Of a DNA stretch of 64,000 nt, positions 7,569 to 18,106 are shown one piece after another (position 1 is the first letter of the stretch; each line of letters opens with the position of its first letter). The translations under genes and the position numbers were made by a program. The stretch comes from Desulfocapsa sp. (GTDB taxonomy: Bacteria > Desulfobacterota > Desulfobulbia > Desulfobulbales > Desulfocapsaceae), in the NCBI GenBank assembly GCA_029935315.1, contig JAOZKN010000001.1, positions 28,713 to 92,712 of the forward strand, read 5' to 3'. The notes beneath the pieces are model-generated. The model made no database searches. It saw only the letters and a program-made list of their open reading frames with translations, and was not told the DNA's origin.

Positions 7569-8166
7569 CCGGGGTGTCGATATCGTGAAGTTTTTGTAAA
7601 AGATGGACGCGAAAATTCAAATCGTCAGCGCGTTGTCTTGTTTCCTGTAGAACTCTGTCACTCCCCCAGGAAATATCCCGGAAAAGTTTCCTGACTGCTG
7701 TTGCTTTGCTTGAGTTGTTTATGCCGATCAGGTAATAGCCTCCGTCATAGGCCGGCCCCAGGATAAGATCGTATTCTTCAAGCGCTTGAAACGCTTCCTG
7801 GAGAATTTCCGGGCTGATGTCTGGGCAGTCGGAACCTATGAGGACACACTTTTCCGCTGTCTGCAGTTCCCTGGTTATCGCATCCGCCATGCGTTCCCCT
7901 ATATTCTTCCCCTGCTGTTGTGTAAAAATATGTCTGCCAAGCCACTGCTCCATGTCGCTGGCGGAAGCGCCGTTATAATAAATATGATATGTTGTGTCGG
8001 CGTGGAGTGAGCTGAATGTGTTCAGGGTTGTAATACTGTATTCTACAAGCTGCCTGAGAATGTTTGCGGCCCCTTTTTTGCCAAATGCCGGGATTAAACG
8101 CGTTTTACATTTCCCGGGAGACGGGTAGCGTGTAAAAAGAACAACAAGATCCCCGGAAGATGACAT
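7528..8166 (-). CDS. DUF2064 (TIGR04282-like) glycosyltransferase-fold protein
   Basis: VVLFTRYPSPGKCKTRLIPAFG...IGSDCPDISP...GPAYDGGYYLIG are hallmark DUF2064 motifs. Confidence 0.75.
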   Translation of the reverse strand: MSSSGDLVVLFTRYPSPGKCKTRLIPAFGKKGAANILRQLVEYSITTLNTFSSLHADTTYHIYYNGASASDMEQWLGRHIFTQQQGKNIGERMADAITRELQTAEKCVLIGSDCPDISPEILQEAFQALEEYDLILGPAYDGGYYLIGINNSSKATAVRKLFRDISWGSDRVLQETRQRADDLNFRVHLLQKLHDIDTPDDLKHFHHYSHPE

Positions 8167-8180
8167 AACAGATAGTCCCT

Positions 8181-8963
8181 ATGAAAAAAACACGTAAAAA
8201 TAAATCTAAAAAACCGGAATCCTATTCTGACAGATCGTACCGTCAGCTTGCCACTGAGTCAGGTCTTGTCTCCACAATCATAAGGATTGAAGAGACGGAT
8301 TTACATATCCTGGCAGAACGTGACGTGACGACTGCAGCCACCGACCTGATCTTGCAATACAGATCCCAACTTGAAAAATACATTGTAAAGAATCCCGATT
8401 TTTTAGCAACACTTGATCCATTTGTGAACGATAAAATTGCTCCGCCTCTGGTTCGGGATATGCTCCAGGCTGGAATACGTGCAGGTGTCGGCCCCATGGC
8501 TGCAGTGGCTGGTGCCATTGCCGAGTATGTGGGTGTTGGTCTGCTCAAATCCGGATGCGTTGAAGTAATGGTGGAAAACGGCGGGGATATTTTTATGAAC
8601 CGTGTACGGGATTGTTCTGTGGCCATCTTTGCTGGGGAATCTTCGCTCAGCTATAAAATAGGTGTACGATTGACGGCGGATAAAATGCCAGTGGGAATCT
8701 GCACTTCCTCCGGTACCGTTGGCCATTCCCTCAGTCTTGGAGATGCTGATTCTGTGACAGTCATTGCCAGCTCTACTCCACTTGCCGATGCCGCAGCCAC
8801 ACGGCTTGGTAACGAAGTTGGTCAGGGACGCGGAGGGAAATCCGGACTGCAGAAGGCCCTCGATAAGGCTGGGGGAATAGAAGGTATTCGCGGCGTGGTT
8901 GTGATTTGCGGCGAACTCATGGGCGCATGGGGTGATGTGGAATTAGTTGAACTTGACCTTTAG
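8181..8963 (+). CDS. UPF0280 / ApbE-like family protein
   Basis: RIEETDLHI...GVGPMAAVAGAIAEYVG...ENGGDIF resembles the UPF0280 (ApbE-like) family. Assignment is from memory. Confidence 0.55.
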   Translation: MKKTRKNKSKKPESYSDRSYRQLATESGLVSTIIRIEETDLHILAERDVTTAATDLILQYRSQLEKYIVKNPDFLATLDPFVNDKIAPPLVRDMLQAGIRAGVGPMAAVAGAIAEYVGVGLLKSGCVEVMVENGGDIFMNRVRDCSVAIFAGESSLSYKIGVRLTADKMPVGICTSSGTVGHSLSLGDADSVTVIASSTPLADAAATRLGNEVGQGRGGKSGLQKALDKAGGIEGIRGVVVICGELMGAWGDVELVELDL

Positions 8964-8987
8964 CACCAGGGCCTCAACCTTGATGAA

Positions 8988-9134
8988 CTCGTAAAAAGTA
9001 AGAATTCAGATGGCTAATTTTAAAACTTCAGATGCGAGGCGCGTGTTTTTTATTTAATTTCGGCGTACTAGGGTACGTCGTAATTAAATAAAAAATGCAG
9101 CAACGAAGCAGGTGAAGAGTTTTTATTTAGCCAT
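8988..9134 (+). repeat. intergenic palindromic element, copy 2 (core 9008-9134 plus 5' extension 8988-9007)
   Basis: Sequence: CTCGTAAAAAGTAAGAATTC + AGATGGCTAATTTTAAAACTTCAGATGCGAGG ... TTTTTTATTTAATT TCGGCGTACTAGGGTACGTCGT AATTAAATAAAAAA ... CAACGAAGCAGGTGAAGAGTTTTTATTTAGCCATC. It lies between the convergent 3' ends of the UPF0280 gene and rfbD, and touches the rfbD stop. Confidence 0.85.
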
Positions 9135-10015
9135 CAACTGTTGTCAGCTTCGTCGAGCAATTGCCGGCGGTATAATTTGACATAGCTGTCGATATCTTCC
9201 TGCCAGGACGTAAAAACAGAGAGTCCGGCCTCTTTCAGTCGTTTATTCTCAAGGATGGAATTTGCGGGGCGATGGGCTGGTGTCGGGTACTCTTCCGTGC
9301 TGCAGGGCGCCAGGGTATAGGGTACATCCATGGCATCAAGAAAATAACATGCGCCTTCATACCAGGTGCAGGAACCTTCTGCCGTTGCATGGGCGATACC
9401 GATGATATCTGCGTCCAGAGTGACTTCTATCTGTCTGGCCAGGCTGGCTGTCCAGGTAAGAGAGCCGTACTGATCGTTTACCACCTTCCGTTCCTGTGCC
9501 GGATCAGCAAGGGCCAGTCGCAGCATGGTTTTGAGAAAATTATTTCCCCCATGGCCATATAACCAGGCCGTGCGCAGGATAAGAAAATCTGGAGAAAACT
9601 GGGTGATGGCATCTTCTCCAGCAAGCTTGCTCTTTCCATATTCTGATAGCGGTTGCACCAGGTCGCTTTCTATATAGCTCGTGTTTATTGGCTTCTTTCC
9701 ATCAAAAACATAATCTGTGGAAATATGGATCAGCCGGCTTCCAGCGCCAGCTGTAGTCTCTGCCAGGATTTCAGGACCCAGCGCGTTGACACGCCAGGCA
9801 AGTTCTTTTTCTGTCTCGCAGTTGTCCACTGCAGTATAGGCTGCGCAGTTTATGACGATTTCAGGTTGGCGGGCAGTTAACACTTTTTCCACCATCTTCC
9901 TGTTGCCAATATCAAGTTCGCTGGAACTGCATGAGGTGACTTCGTGCTTCTTCGCAAGAAGTGTGCTGAGATCTTGCCCCAGTTGTCCACTACCACCAGT
10001 AATGAGGATTCTCAC
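9134..10015 (-). CDS. rfbD: dTDP-4-dehydrorhamnose reductase
   Basis: [16 protein letters not shown] Rossmann N-terminus with an RmlD-like body. It overlaps rfbA by 4 nt. Confidence 0.9.
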   Translation of the reverse strand: MRILITGGSGQLGQDLSTLLAKKHEVTSCSSSELDIGNRKMVEKVLTARQPEIVINCAAYTAVDNCETEKELAWRVNALGPEILAETTAGAGSRLIHISTDYVFDGKKPINTSYIESDLVQPLSEYGKSKLAGEDAITQFSPDFLILRTAWLYGHGGNNFLKTMLRLALADPAQERKVVNDQYGSLTWTASLARQIEVTLDADIIGIAHATAEGSCTWYEGACYFLDAMDVPYTLAPCSTEEYPTPAHRPANSILENKRLKEAGLSVFTSWQEDIDSYVKLYRRQLLDEADNS

Positions 10016-10902
10016 GTAAATAATCCTTCAGATTCTTTCTCGGCGACAATATCGAGGATGTACTGACCATACTGGTTTTTAAGCATATCCCTGGCCAGTG
10101 TTTTCATCTGCTCGGTGTTGATATAGCCCTGGTTGAGGGCTATCTCCTCGATACAGGCTACTTTGAGGCCCTGTCTGTTCTGTACAGCTTCCACATAGCT
10201 TGAGGCCTGCTGCAGCGATTCGTGAGTTCCTGTATCCAGCCAGCAGAAACCACGACTGAGGGGCTGAACCTGGAGCTTTCCGCGATGCAGGTACTCCATG
10301 TTGATATCGGTAATTTCCAACTCTCCCCGAGGTGATGGCTTGATGTTTTCTGCAATGTCGATCACATCGTTATCATAAAAATAAAGGCCGGGAACGGCGT
10401 ACTTGGATTTTGCTTGCTCCGGTTTCTCGTCAATTCCAATAACTTTGTTGTCTTTATCAAACTCAACCACACCGTAGCGTTCCGGGTCTTTCACCGGATA
10501 CCCGAAGATAAGAGCACCCTCGCTGAGCGTCGCACTTTTGGACAGAATTTGAGAAAATCCGGATCCGAAGAAAATATTGTCACCAAGAATCAGCGCCACA
10601 CTGTCATCGCCTATAAAATCTTTGCCGATAATAAAGGCCTGAGCCAGTCCTTCCGGTTTGGGTTGCTCTGCGTAGCTGATGGAAATGCCCAGCCAGGATC
10701 CATCTGCAAAAAGTTCTTTAAACTGCGGCAGATCCCGGGGAGTGGAAATGATGAGAATCTCTTTAATCCCTGCCAGCATAAGAACTGATAATGGGTAGTA
10801 AATCATTGGTTTATCATAAACCGGGAGCAACTGTTTGGAGATCACCCGGGTCAGGGGATAGAGTCGTGTGCCGGAGCCTCCGGCGAGAATAATACCTTTC
10901 AT
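10012..10902 (-). CDS. rfbA: glucose-1-phosphate thymidylyltransferase
   Basis: [18 protein letters not shown]...; start trimmed from 11013 to ATG 10902. Confidence 0.9.
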   Translation of the reverse strand: MKGIILAGGSGTRLYPLTRVISKQLLPVYDKPMIYYPLSVLMLAGIKEILIISTPRDLPQFKELFADGSWLGISISYAEQPKPEGLAQAFIIGKDFIGDDSVALILGDNIFFGSGFSQILSKSATLSEGALIFGYPVKDPERYGVVEFDKDNKVIGIDEKPEQAKSKYAVPGLYFYDNDVIDIAENIKPSPRGELEITDINMEYLHRGKLQVQPLSRGFCWLDTGTHESLQQASSYVEAVQNRQGLKVACIEEIALNQGYINTEQMKTLARDMLKNQYGQYILDIVAEKESEGLFT

Positions 10903-11005
10903 ATGAACCGTTTGTTGAATTCGTTCTTTATTTTTGATATGTTTGCCCGGTAACGTGTGTTTCCACGGTTTTACCCGAATAGTTTTACTTTTGAAAGGAT
11001 AAAAA

Positions 11006-12367
11006 ATGAGCATTGAAATTCCGGCCTGCTTTAAGGCCTACGATATTCGTGGCAGAGTTCCGGATGAATTGAATCCTGCACTTGCCCGCAATATCGGGCG
11101 TGCCTTTGCGAAGGTTTTTCAACCACGTAAAATTGCGGTAGGCCACGATATTCGTCTCTCGAGTCCTGAATTAACGGAGTCTTTAATCGGTGGCTTGCTT
11201 GAATCCGGGGTTGATGTCCTCCAGCTTGGACTGTGTGGAACAGAAGAAATTTATCATGCCGCATTCAGTCTTGAAAATCAGGGCGTTGACGGTGGAATAA
11301 TTGTTACCGCCAGTCATAATCCAGCGGATTATAACGGTATGAAATTTGTGACCTCCGGGGCCCGTCCGGTGAGCGGGGAGAGCGGGCTCAGGAAAATGGC
11401 CGAATTAATAGTTGCCGGGGATCTGCCCGCCGCCGCTGCTAACGTCGGAACAGCAACATCAGTCAGCAGTAAAGATGACTACATCCGGCACCTCCTTGGC
11501 TATGTGGATGTGGACCAGCTGGCCCCCCTGAAGCTGGTCGTGAATAACGGCAATGGCTGTGCTGCCCCTGTTGTTGATTTGCTGGAAAAAGAACTGCCCT
11601 TCAGTTTTATCAAGGCCTGCCACGAGCCGGACGGAACCTTTCCAAACGGTGTACCCAATCCCTTACTGCCCGAAAAAAGGGAAGAGACTGCAAAGCTTGT
11701 CAGAGAATACGGTGCGGATATGGGAATTGCCTGGGATGGTGATTTTGACCGCTGTTTCTTTTGGGACGAAAAGGGAAATTTCATTGAAGGCTATTATCTG
11801 GTGGGATTGCTGGGGCTTGAACTTCTTGAACAACACCCTGGAGCAAAAATCCTTCATGATCCCCGCCTTACCTGGAACACCCGGGAGCTTGTAAAAGAGG
11901 CCGGTGGTGTACCTGTTCTGGCCCAGACCGGACATGCCTTTATTAAGGAACGTATGCGCCTCGAAGATGCCATTTATGGCGGGGAAATGTCGGCCCATCA
12001 TTATTTTAAGAGCTTTGGTTATTGTGATTCAGGTATGATCCCCTGGTTGCTGGTGGCTTCCCTGCTCAGTCGTAAAAAGATACCTCTTTCCGCACTTGTT
12101 AAAGAACGTATGGCAGCCTTTCCTGTTTCCGGTGAAATTAACAACGTGGTAAGTGATCCGGACGCTGTTATCCAAAGGATAGAGGAACGATTTAAGGATG
12201 GAGAAAAAGACTATACAGATGGTCTTTCCGTGTCTTTTCCTGAATTTCGTTTTAATGTAAGAAAATCCAATACGGAGCCACTTTTACGCTTAAATGTGGA
12301 GAGTCGTGGAAATCCCGATTTGCTACAGGAAAAAACTGAAGAATTGTTGCAGATTATAAAATCTTAG
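11006..12367 (+). CDS. manB: phosphomannomutase/phosphoglucomutase
   Basis: [10 protein letters not shown], active-site [14 protein letters not shown] and Mg-site [10 protein letters not shown]. Confidence 0.9.
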   Translation: MSIEIPACFKAYDIRGRVPDELNPALARNIGRAFAKVFQPRKIAVGHDIRLSSPELTESLIGGLLESGVDVLQLGLCGTEEIYHAAFSLENQGVDGGIIVTASHNPADYNGMKFVTSGARPVSGESGLRKMAELIVAGDLPAAAANVGTATSVSSKDDYIRHLLGYVDVDQLAPLKLVVNNGNGCAAPVVDLLEKELPFSFIKACHEPDGTFPNGVPNPLLPEKREETAKLVREYGADMGIAWDGDFDRCFFWDEKGNFIEGYYLVGLLGLELLEQHPGAKILHDPRLTWNTRELVKEAGGVPVLAQTGHAFIKERMRLEDAIYGGEMSAHHYFKSFGYCDSGMIPWLLVASLLSRKKIPLSALVKERMAAFPVSGEINNVVSDPDAVIQRIEERFKDGEKDYTDGLSVSFPEFRFNVRKSNTEPLLRLNVESRGNPDLLQEKTEELLQIIKS

Positions 12368-12383
12368 AACCTGGTTATTTATC

Positions 12384-13790
12384 TTGAAAATACAACCTGT
12401 TATCCTTGCCGGAGGAACCGGCTCCAGATTGTGGCCCCTCTCCCGCGAGTTGTATCCCAAACAGCTACTGCAGCTTATCGATGAGACCTCTCTTCTGCAG
12501 ACCACTGTACTACGCGTGTCGCAGCTTATTGATGTCTTGCCTCCTTTACTGGTTGTTGGTGAAGAACACCGGTTTGTCACCAGGAGTCAGATGGGTGGCC
12601 TTGGCCTTGCAGATTCCTGCAATATATTGCTGGAACCGGTGGGGCGTAATACTGCTCCTGCCATTTGTGGGGCCGTGGAGTATTGTGCCCTTGAATCGGA
12701 CGAGGATACCGTTCTCCTTGTTTTGCCTGCAGATCATCTTATTTTGCGTAAGGCCTCTTTTCAGGAAGCTGTCAACCGGGCGGCAGAACTGGCCGCAGAG
12801 GGGAAGATTGTCACCTTTGGTATAGAACCGCAACATCCTGAAACCGGTTATGGCTACATTGAACAGGGGGAAGGAGATTCGGTACGATCTTTTCGTGAAA
12901 AACCGGATCTTGCAACGGCCCAATCCTATCTTGAGCAGGGCAACTATTTCTGGAACAGCGGAATGTTTGCCTTCACCATTAAAACATTTCGGCAGGAAAT
13001 GGAAAATCTGGCCCCCGAAATGCTCAGTGCCATGAAAGATTCGGTTGCCGATGGTGTGCGTGACGATCCGTTTTTCCGACTGGATGAAGCAGCCATGGAA
13101 CGTTGTCCCAGTGACTCCATTGATTATGCTCTGATGGAAAAAACAAAGCGTGCTGCCGTAGTCGCTGCAGATCTGGACTGGAGCGATATCGGCTCCTGGC
13201 ACGCCTTATGGGAGGTCTCTGCCAAAGACAAAGACGGGAATGTCCATCAGGGTGACGTTATTCTGAAAGACACGAAAAATTGTCTTGTACGTGCAGAAAG
13301 TACACTGGTGGCAACAGTTGGTCTTGAAGATACGCTGGTGGTGGAGACATCCGATGCAGTACTGGTCGCCCCCATGTCCCGCTCCCAGGATGTGAAAAAA
13401 ATTGTCACCAGTTTAAAGAAAAGCAAACGTAGTGAATTCAAAGTCCATCGTACTGTTTACAGACCCTGGGGAAGTTATACCGTTCTTGAAGAGCAGCCAC
13501 GTTACCAGATCAAGCGGATTACCGTGAGTCCCGGTTCCAAGCTCTCCCTGCAGATGCACCATCATCGTCACGAGCATTGGGTGGTGGTTTCGGGAACGGC
13601 GCGTATCACGAACGGGGATGATGTCTTTCTGCTCTACGAAAACCAGTCGACTTATATTCCTGCTGGTGTCAACCACCGCCTGGAAAACCCGGGTGTTATC
13701 GAGCTTGAGCTTATTGAGGTGCAAAATGGCAGTTATCTGGGGGAAGATGATATTGTCCGTTTTGAAGATGATTACGGGCGTAACGAATAG
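12384..13790 (+). CDS. manC: mannose-1-phosphate guanylyltransferase/mannose-6-phosphate isomerase
   Basis: PVILAGGTGSRLWPLSR N-terminus and a C-terminal cupin (SLQMHHHRHEHWVVVSGTA). Confidence 0.9.
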   Translation: MKIQPVILAGGTGSRLWPLSRELYPKQLLQLIDETSLLQTTVLRVSQLIDVLPPLLVVGEEHRFVTRSQMGGLGLADSCNILLEPVGRNTAPAICGAVEYCALESDEDTVLLVLPADHLILRKASFQEAVNRAAELAAEGKIVTFGIEPQHPETGYGYIEQGEGDSVRSFREKPDLATAQSYLEQGNYFWNSGMFAFTIKTFRQEMENLAPEMLSAMKDSVADGVRDDPFFRLDEAAMERCPSDSIDYALMEKTKRAAVVAADLDWSDIGSWHALWEVSAKDKDGNVHQGDVILKDTKNCLVRAESTLVATVGLEDTLVVETSDAVLVAPMSRSQDVKKIVTSLKKSKRSEFKVHRTVYRPWGSYTVLEEQPRYQIKRITVSPGSKLSLQMHHHRHEHWVVVSGTARITNGDDVFLLYENQSTYIPAGVNHRLENPGVIELELIEVQNGSYLGEDDIVRFEDDYGRNE

Positions 13791-13801
13791 CTTCTGTTCT
13801 C

Positions 13802-14902
13802 TTATTTCTCCGGAAAGAGCTTGTGTATAGCTTCTCTGGAAGCGTCCACCACACCCCGTTCAGTTATCAACCCACTGACCAGTCGTGCCGGGGTAATGTC
13901 AAAGCTGTAGTTTAAGGCCTTGGTACCCGGCGCGGTGAGCTGCACCGTTTCCACCTCTCCCGTGTCATGTAAGCCACTTATTTTTGTGATTTCATCGCCT
14001 GAGCGTTCCTCGATGGGAATGTCCTGTCCCTTGTCAAGTTCCCAGTCAAATGTGGAAGAGGGCAGGGCCACATAAAAGGGGATGTTGTTGTCTTTTGCTG
14101 CCAGCGCTTTTAAGTATGTACCAATCTTATTGGCCACATCCCCGGTGTGAGTGGTTCGGTCAGTTCCCACGATAACCATATCCACCATTCCAATCTGCAT
14201 AAGATGCCCACCGGCATTATCCGTTATAAGGGTGCAGGGGATGTCTTCCTGTTGCAGTTCCCAGGCAGTGAGTTTCGCTCCCTGGTTCCAGGGGCGTGTC
14301 TCATCCACCCAGACATGCACGTCAATTCCAGCGTCCCGTGCAGCATAAACTGGGGCTGTGGCACTTCCGTAGTCAACAAATGCCAGCCAGCCAGCGTTGC
14401 AATGGGTGAGAATGTTGACTGTCTCCCCCTTCTTTTTCCTGCTTATTTCCTTGATAATCTCAAGCCCGTGCTGGCCCAGAGCCTTGCAGAACGCAGCATC
14501 TTCGTCGGCTATATCACATGCCGTTTGAAAGATAATGGCCAGCTTGTCTTTGTCGTTTTTTCCAGCCTGAGAGGCCAGCAAGATGCGGTCAATGGCCCAT
14601 TTCAGGTTTCTGGCGGTGGGGCGGCTTGCATCCAGTAGTCTGGCTCCTTCTTCCAGGGCTTCCTCAAGACTGTCTTTCTGGTGGTGGGCTGCTGCCAGGT
14701 ACATGCCAAAACCGGCGGTGGCACCAATTAAACCGGCACCCCGAACGTGCATATCCCGTATGGCAACCACGGCATCATTCAGGCAACTCAGTGTTTCAAT
14801 AACAAAATCGTGTGGAAGTTGGCGTTGGTCAATGATGAGAACCTTTTGAGAATCGTCAGGGGATGGCCAGATAGTCCGGTAATGCTTGTCTTTAATATTC
14901 AT
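13802..14902 (-). CDS. mtnA: S-methyl-5-thioribose-1-phosphate isomerase family protein (MtnA/eIF-2B-like)
   Basis: IIDQRQLPHDFV...MHVRGAGLIGATAGFG...VIVGTDR. Start trimmed from 15100 to ATG 14902 (MNIKDKHY). Confidence 0.75.
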   Translation of the reverse strand: MNIKDKHYRTIWPSPDDSQKVLIIDQRQLPHDFVIETLSCLNDAVVAIRDMHVRGAGLIGATAGFGMYLAAAHHQKDSLEEALEEGARLLDASRPTARNLKWAIDRILLASQAGKNDKDKLAIIFQTACDIADEDAAFCKALGQHGLEIIKEISRKKKGETVNILTHCNAGWLAFVDYGSATAPVYAARDAGIDVHVWVDETRPWNQGAKLTAWELQQEDIPCTLITDNAGGHLMQIGMVDMVIVGTDRTTHTGDVANKIGTYLKALAAKDNNIPFYVALPSSTFDWELDKGQDIPIEERSGDEITKISGLHDTGEVETVQLTAPGTKALNYSFDITPARLVSGLITERGVVDASREAIHKLFPEK

Positions 14903-15055
14903 AAGGAAATTTGTAGTTGTTTGTTCTGGAAATGTGACAAATTTGAAATATTTTGAAATAAATACAACAAAAATGTAATAACTTACGGTGCTCTTCAAGC
15001 TGTACTGTAATTGAAAAGATCGTAATGTCAACAAATTGCCATCTATCATTCTTTC

Positions 15056-15071
15056 TGGCACAACTGTTGAA
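15056..15071 (+). promoter_or_regulatory. sigma54-like (-24/-12) promoter candidate upstream of amt
   Basis: TGGCAC-aactg-TTGA compared with the consensus TGGCAC-N5-TTGC. The -12 GC is GA here. It lies 46 nt upstream of ATG 15117. Confidence 0.35.
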
Positions 15072-15116
15072 TATAGTCTGCAGTATTTTTTGAAAAACAA
15101 CTCCAGGGAGGAGAAA

Positions 15117-16340
15117 ATGATTAGTGCTGCAGATACCGCCTTTATTCTGGCGGCGGCAGGTCTGGTGTTATTGATGACCCCAGGGCTTGCCCTGTTTTAT
15201 GCAGGAATGGTTCGAAGTAAAAATGTGCTTGGTACCATGATGCAGAGTTTTTTTATGGTTGCCTTGATTTCCATTGAGTGGGTGTACCTTGGATACTCCA
15301 TGTCCTTTGGGCCTGATGTTGGAGGTGTTATAGGGGATCTGTCCTGGTTTGCCTTGAATGGTGTAACAACTGCGCCGAGTGCTGACTATGCCTCAACGAT
15401 TCCACAACTCCTGTTTATGGTTTACCAATGTATGTTTGCCGTTATTACTCCAGCACTGATCACTGGTGCTTTTGCTGAAAGGGTGCGCTTTGTACCCTTT
15501 CTTGTCTTCGCTCTATTGTGGGCCATTCTTGTCTATAATCCGGTTTGTCACTGGGTATGGGCGAAAGGTGGCTGGCTTGGAAATATGGGTGTGATGGATT
15601 TTGCTGGTGGTCTGGTGGTTCATGTGACTTGTGGTGCTGCAGCTCTTGCAGCCATTCTGGTACTAGGGCCCCGGCGTGGTTACGGGAAGCGAAGCTTTAT
15701 ACCCCATAGTCTTCCCATGACTTTTATCGGGACAGCTCTTCTCTGGTTTGGTTGGTTTGGCTTTAATGGCGGTTCGGCTCTTGCTGCTGATGAGGTTGCA
15801 GTGACTGCTTTTGTGGCAACGTATCTTGCCGGAATGGCTGGTGTCTTTATGTGGGTTGTTATGGAATGGGTCACCCTTGGCAAAGCCACCACCCTTGGTG
15901 CCATGTCAGGTGCCATTGCAGGTCTTGCAACCATCACCCCGGCTGCAGGGTTTGTCGGGCCCAATTCTGCTATCGTTATCGGTTGTGTAGCTGGAATGGC
16001 CTGCTTCGGCGCAGTAAATTTAAAGGTTAAGTTAAAGCTTGACGATTCCCTTGACGTGGTCGGAATTCACGGAGTGGGAGGCGTAATCGGAACCCTCTGT
16101 CTTGGAATCTTTGCCTCAACAGCGGTAAATCCAGGAGGTGTGGACGGTCTGCTTGCCGGAAACATTTCACAGCTCTGGAAACAGGCTTTTGGGGTTATCG
16201 TTGTGGGGAGTTACACCCTGGTTGTGAGCTGGGTTTTGCTGAAAATTATACACAGCACCATGGGGCTGAGACTCTCTGAAGAAAATGAAGTCGTGGGGCT
16301 GGATTATAGTGAACATTCAGAAACTGCCTATAATGATTAA
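15117..16340 (+). CDS. amt: ammonium transporter (Amt family), copy 1
   Basis: LLMTPGLALFYAGMVRSKNVL, DFAGGLVVHV and GIHGVGGVIG. AGGGAGGAG RBS. Start trimmed from 15036. Confidence 0.9.
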   Translation: MISAADTAFILAAAGLVLLMTPGLALFYAGMVRSKNVLGTMMQSFFMVALISIEWVYLGYSMSFGPDVGGVIGDLSWFALNGVTTAPSADYASTIPQLLFMVYQCMFAVITPALITGAFAERVRFVPFLVFALLWAILVYNPVCHWVWAKGGWLGNMGVMDFAGGLVVHVTCGAAALAAILVLGPRRGYGKRSFIPHSLPMTFIGTALLWFGWFGFNGGSALAADEVAVTAFVATYLAGMAGVFMWVVMEWVTLGKATTLGAMSGAIAGLATITPAAGFVGPNSAIVIGCVAGMACFGAVNLKVKLKLDDSLDVVGIHGVGGVIGTLCLGIFASTAVNPGGVDGLLAGNISQLWKQAFGVIVVGSYTLVVSWVLLKIIHSTMGLRLSEENEVVGLDYSEHSETAYND

Positions 16341-16375
16341 TCGTCTTAGGCTATTTTACTTTGGAGGGATAGAAA

Positions 16376-17593
16376 ATGGATAGTGGAGATACAGCATTTA
16401 TGCTCATTGCTACGGCAATGGTAATGCTTATGACGCCGGGATTGGCGCTTTTTTACAGTGGGTTGGTACGGAGTAAGAACGTGCTGTCCACCACCATGCA
16501 GAGCTTTGTCTGTCTGGGGGTTATCACGGTTATATGGGTTTTGTACGGATATTCTCTGGCCTTTGGCCCGGATGTGGGCCATTTTGTGGGGAATCTGGAT
16601 TTCGCCGGCCTGAAAAATGTTGGCCTGACTCCCGGGCCATACTCAGACACCATCCCTGACCTGCTGTTTTGTGCCTTTCAGCTGATGTTTGCTGTTATCA
16701 CCCCGGCTCTGATCACTGGTGCAATTGCAGAACGAATGAAGTTTTCAGCCTACCTGCTTTTTATTGTCTTCTGGGCTACTTTTGTTTATTTTCCCGTGTG
16801 TCACTGGGTATGGGGACAAGGTGGCTGGCTTGGCGAAATGGGAGCGCTTGATTTTGCAGGCGGTACCGTTATACATATTAACTCAGGCGCCGCGGCACTT
16901 GTTGCCTGTCTTATGCTTGGTAAACGAAAAGGCTATGGTCGTGATGCCATGCATCCCCACAGTTTGCCGCTGACAGTACTTGGTGCTGGCCTGCTCTGGT
17001 TTGGCTGGTTCGGCTTTAATGCCGGTTCTGCCCTGTCTGCAGGGCCAGTCGCCGTGCTTGCACTTATGACTACCCAGGTTGCAACCGGTGCCGGACTTCT
17101 GGCCTGGGTTCTTGCCGAGTGGAAAATGCAGGGAAAACCCACTGTGCTTGGCGCGGCGTCCGGTGCACTCGCAGGTCTGGTAGCAATAACACCGGGAGCT
17201 GGTTTTGTAAGCCCGGTTTCGGCTATGATCATGGGTGGAGTTGCCGGTGTCCTCTGCTACGCAGCTGTTGTTGCCAAGGGAAGGTTCGGCTATGATGATT
17301 CACTTGATGTTGTGGGTATTCATGGTGTCGGTGGATTGTGGGGAGCATTGGCCACAGGTCTTTTTGCCTCCACGGCCGCAAATCCTGATGGGGCAAACGG
17401 GCTTTTCTTTGGAAATCCCGGGCAGTTCGTCACCCAGGCCATTGGTGCAGGAGCTGCAATTGCCTATTCTGTGGTTCTGACCTTTGTGATCTTGAAAGTG
17501 ATTGATCTAAGCATTGGTCTTCGTGTGGATGTCGATGATGAAACCCAGGGGCTGGATGTTACGTCACACGGGGAAGTAGGCTATAATATATGA
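16376..17593 (+). CDS. amt: ammonium transporter (Amt family), copy 2 (tandem paralog)
   Basis: MLMTPGLALFYSGLVRSKNVL, DFAGGTVIHI and GIHGVGGLWG; collinear with copy 1. Confidence 0.9.
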   Translation: MDSGDTAFMLIATAMVMLMTPGLALFYSGLVRSKNVLSTTMQSFVCLGVITVIWVLYGYSLAFGPDVGHFVGNLDFAGLKNVGLTPGPYSDTIPDLLFCAFQLMFAVITPALITGAIAERMKFSAYLLFIVFWATFVYFPVCHWVWGQGGWLGEMGALDFAGGTVIHINSGAAALVACLMLGKRKGYGRDAMHPHSLPLTVLGAGLLWFGWFGFNAGSALSAGPVAVLALMTTQVATGAGLLAWVLAEWKMQGKPTVLGAASGALAGLVAITPGAGFVSPVSAMIMGGVAGVLCYAAVVAKGRFGYDDSLDVVGIHGVGGLWGALATGLFASTAANPDGANGLFFGNPGQFVTQAIGAGAAIAYSVVLTFVILKVIDLSIGLRVDVDDETQGLDVTSHGEVGYNI

Positions 17594-17595
17594 AA

Positions 17596-17632
17596 TTTTT
17601 TACTTAGCCATTTAAATTTACTTTTTACGAGT
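17596..17632 (-). repeat. isolated inverted fragment of the palindromic-element 5' extension/left terminus
   Basis: The reverse complement reads CTCGTAAAAAGTAAATTTAAATGGCTAAGTAAAAAA. Compare 8988-9024, which reads CTCGTAAAAAGTAAGAATTCAGATGGCTAATTTTAAAA. Confidence 0.6.
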
Positions 17633-17676
17633 ATTAATAAGTACGCACTCCCCGTCGGGAGATACTTTGAAAATAG

Positions 17677-18024
<348 letters not shown>

Positions 18025-18106
18025 GGGGCAAAGTTAAAGGTTCAAGGTTAAAAGACCTAAGGCCTTTTCTTGTACCTTAAACCTCGTACCTTCCTACCTA
18101 TAAAAT

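Noticed and set aside
18037-18047. The 11-mer AAGGTTCAAGG is shared between the PII-glnD spacer (18037-18047) and the left flank of repeat copy 3 (22961-22971). It could indicate a second repeat family.
   Set aside because: There are only two occurrences, the match does not extend beyond 11 nt, and the flanks are dissimilar. This is compatible with chance.
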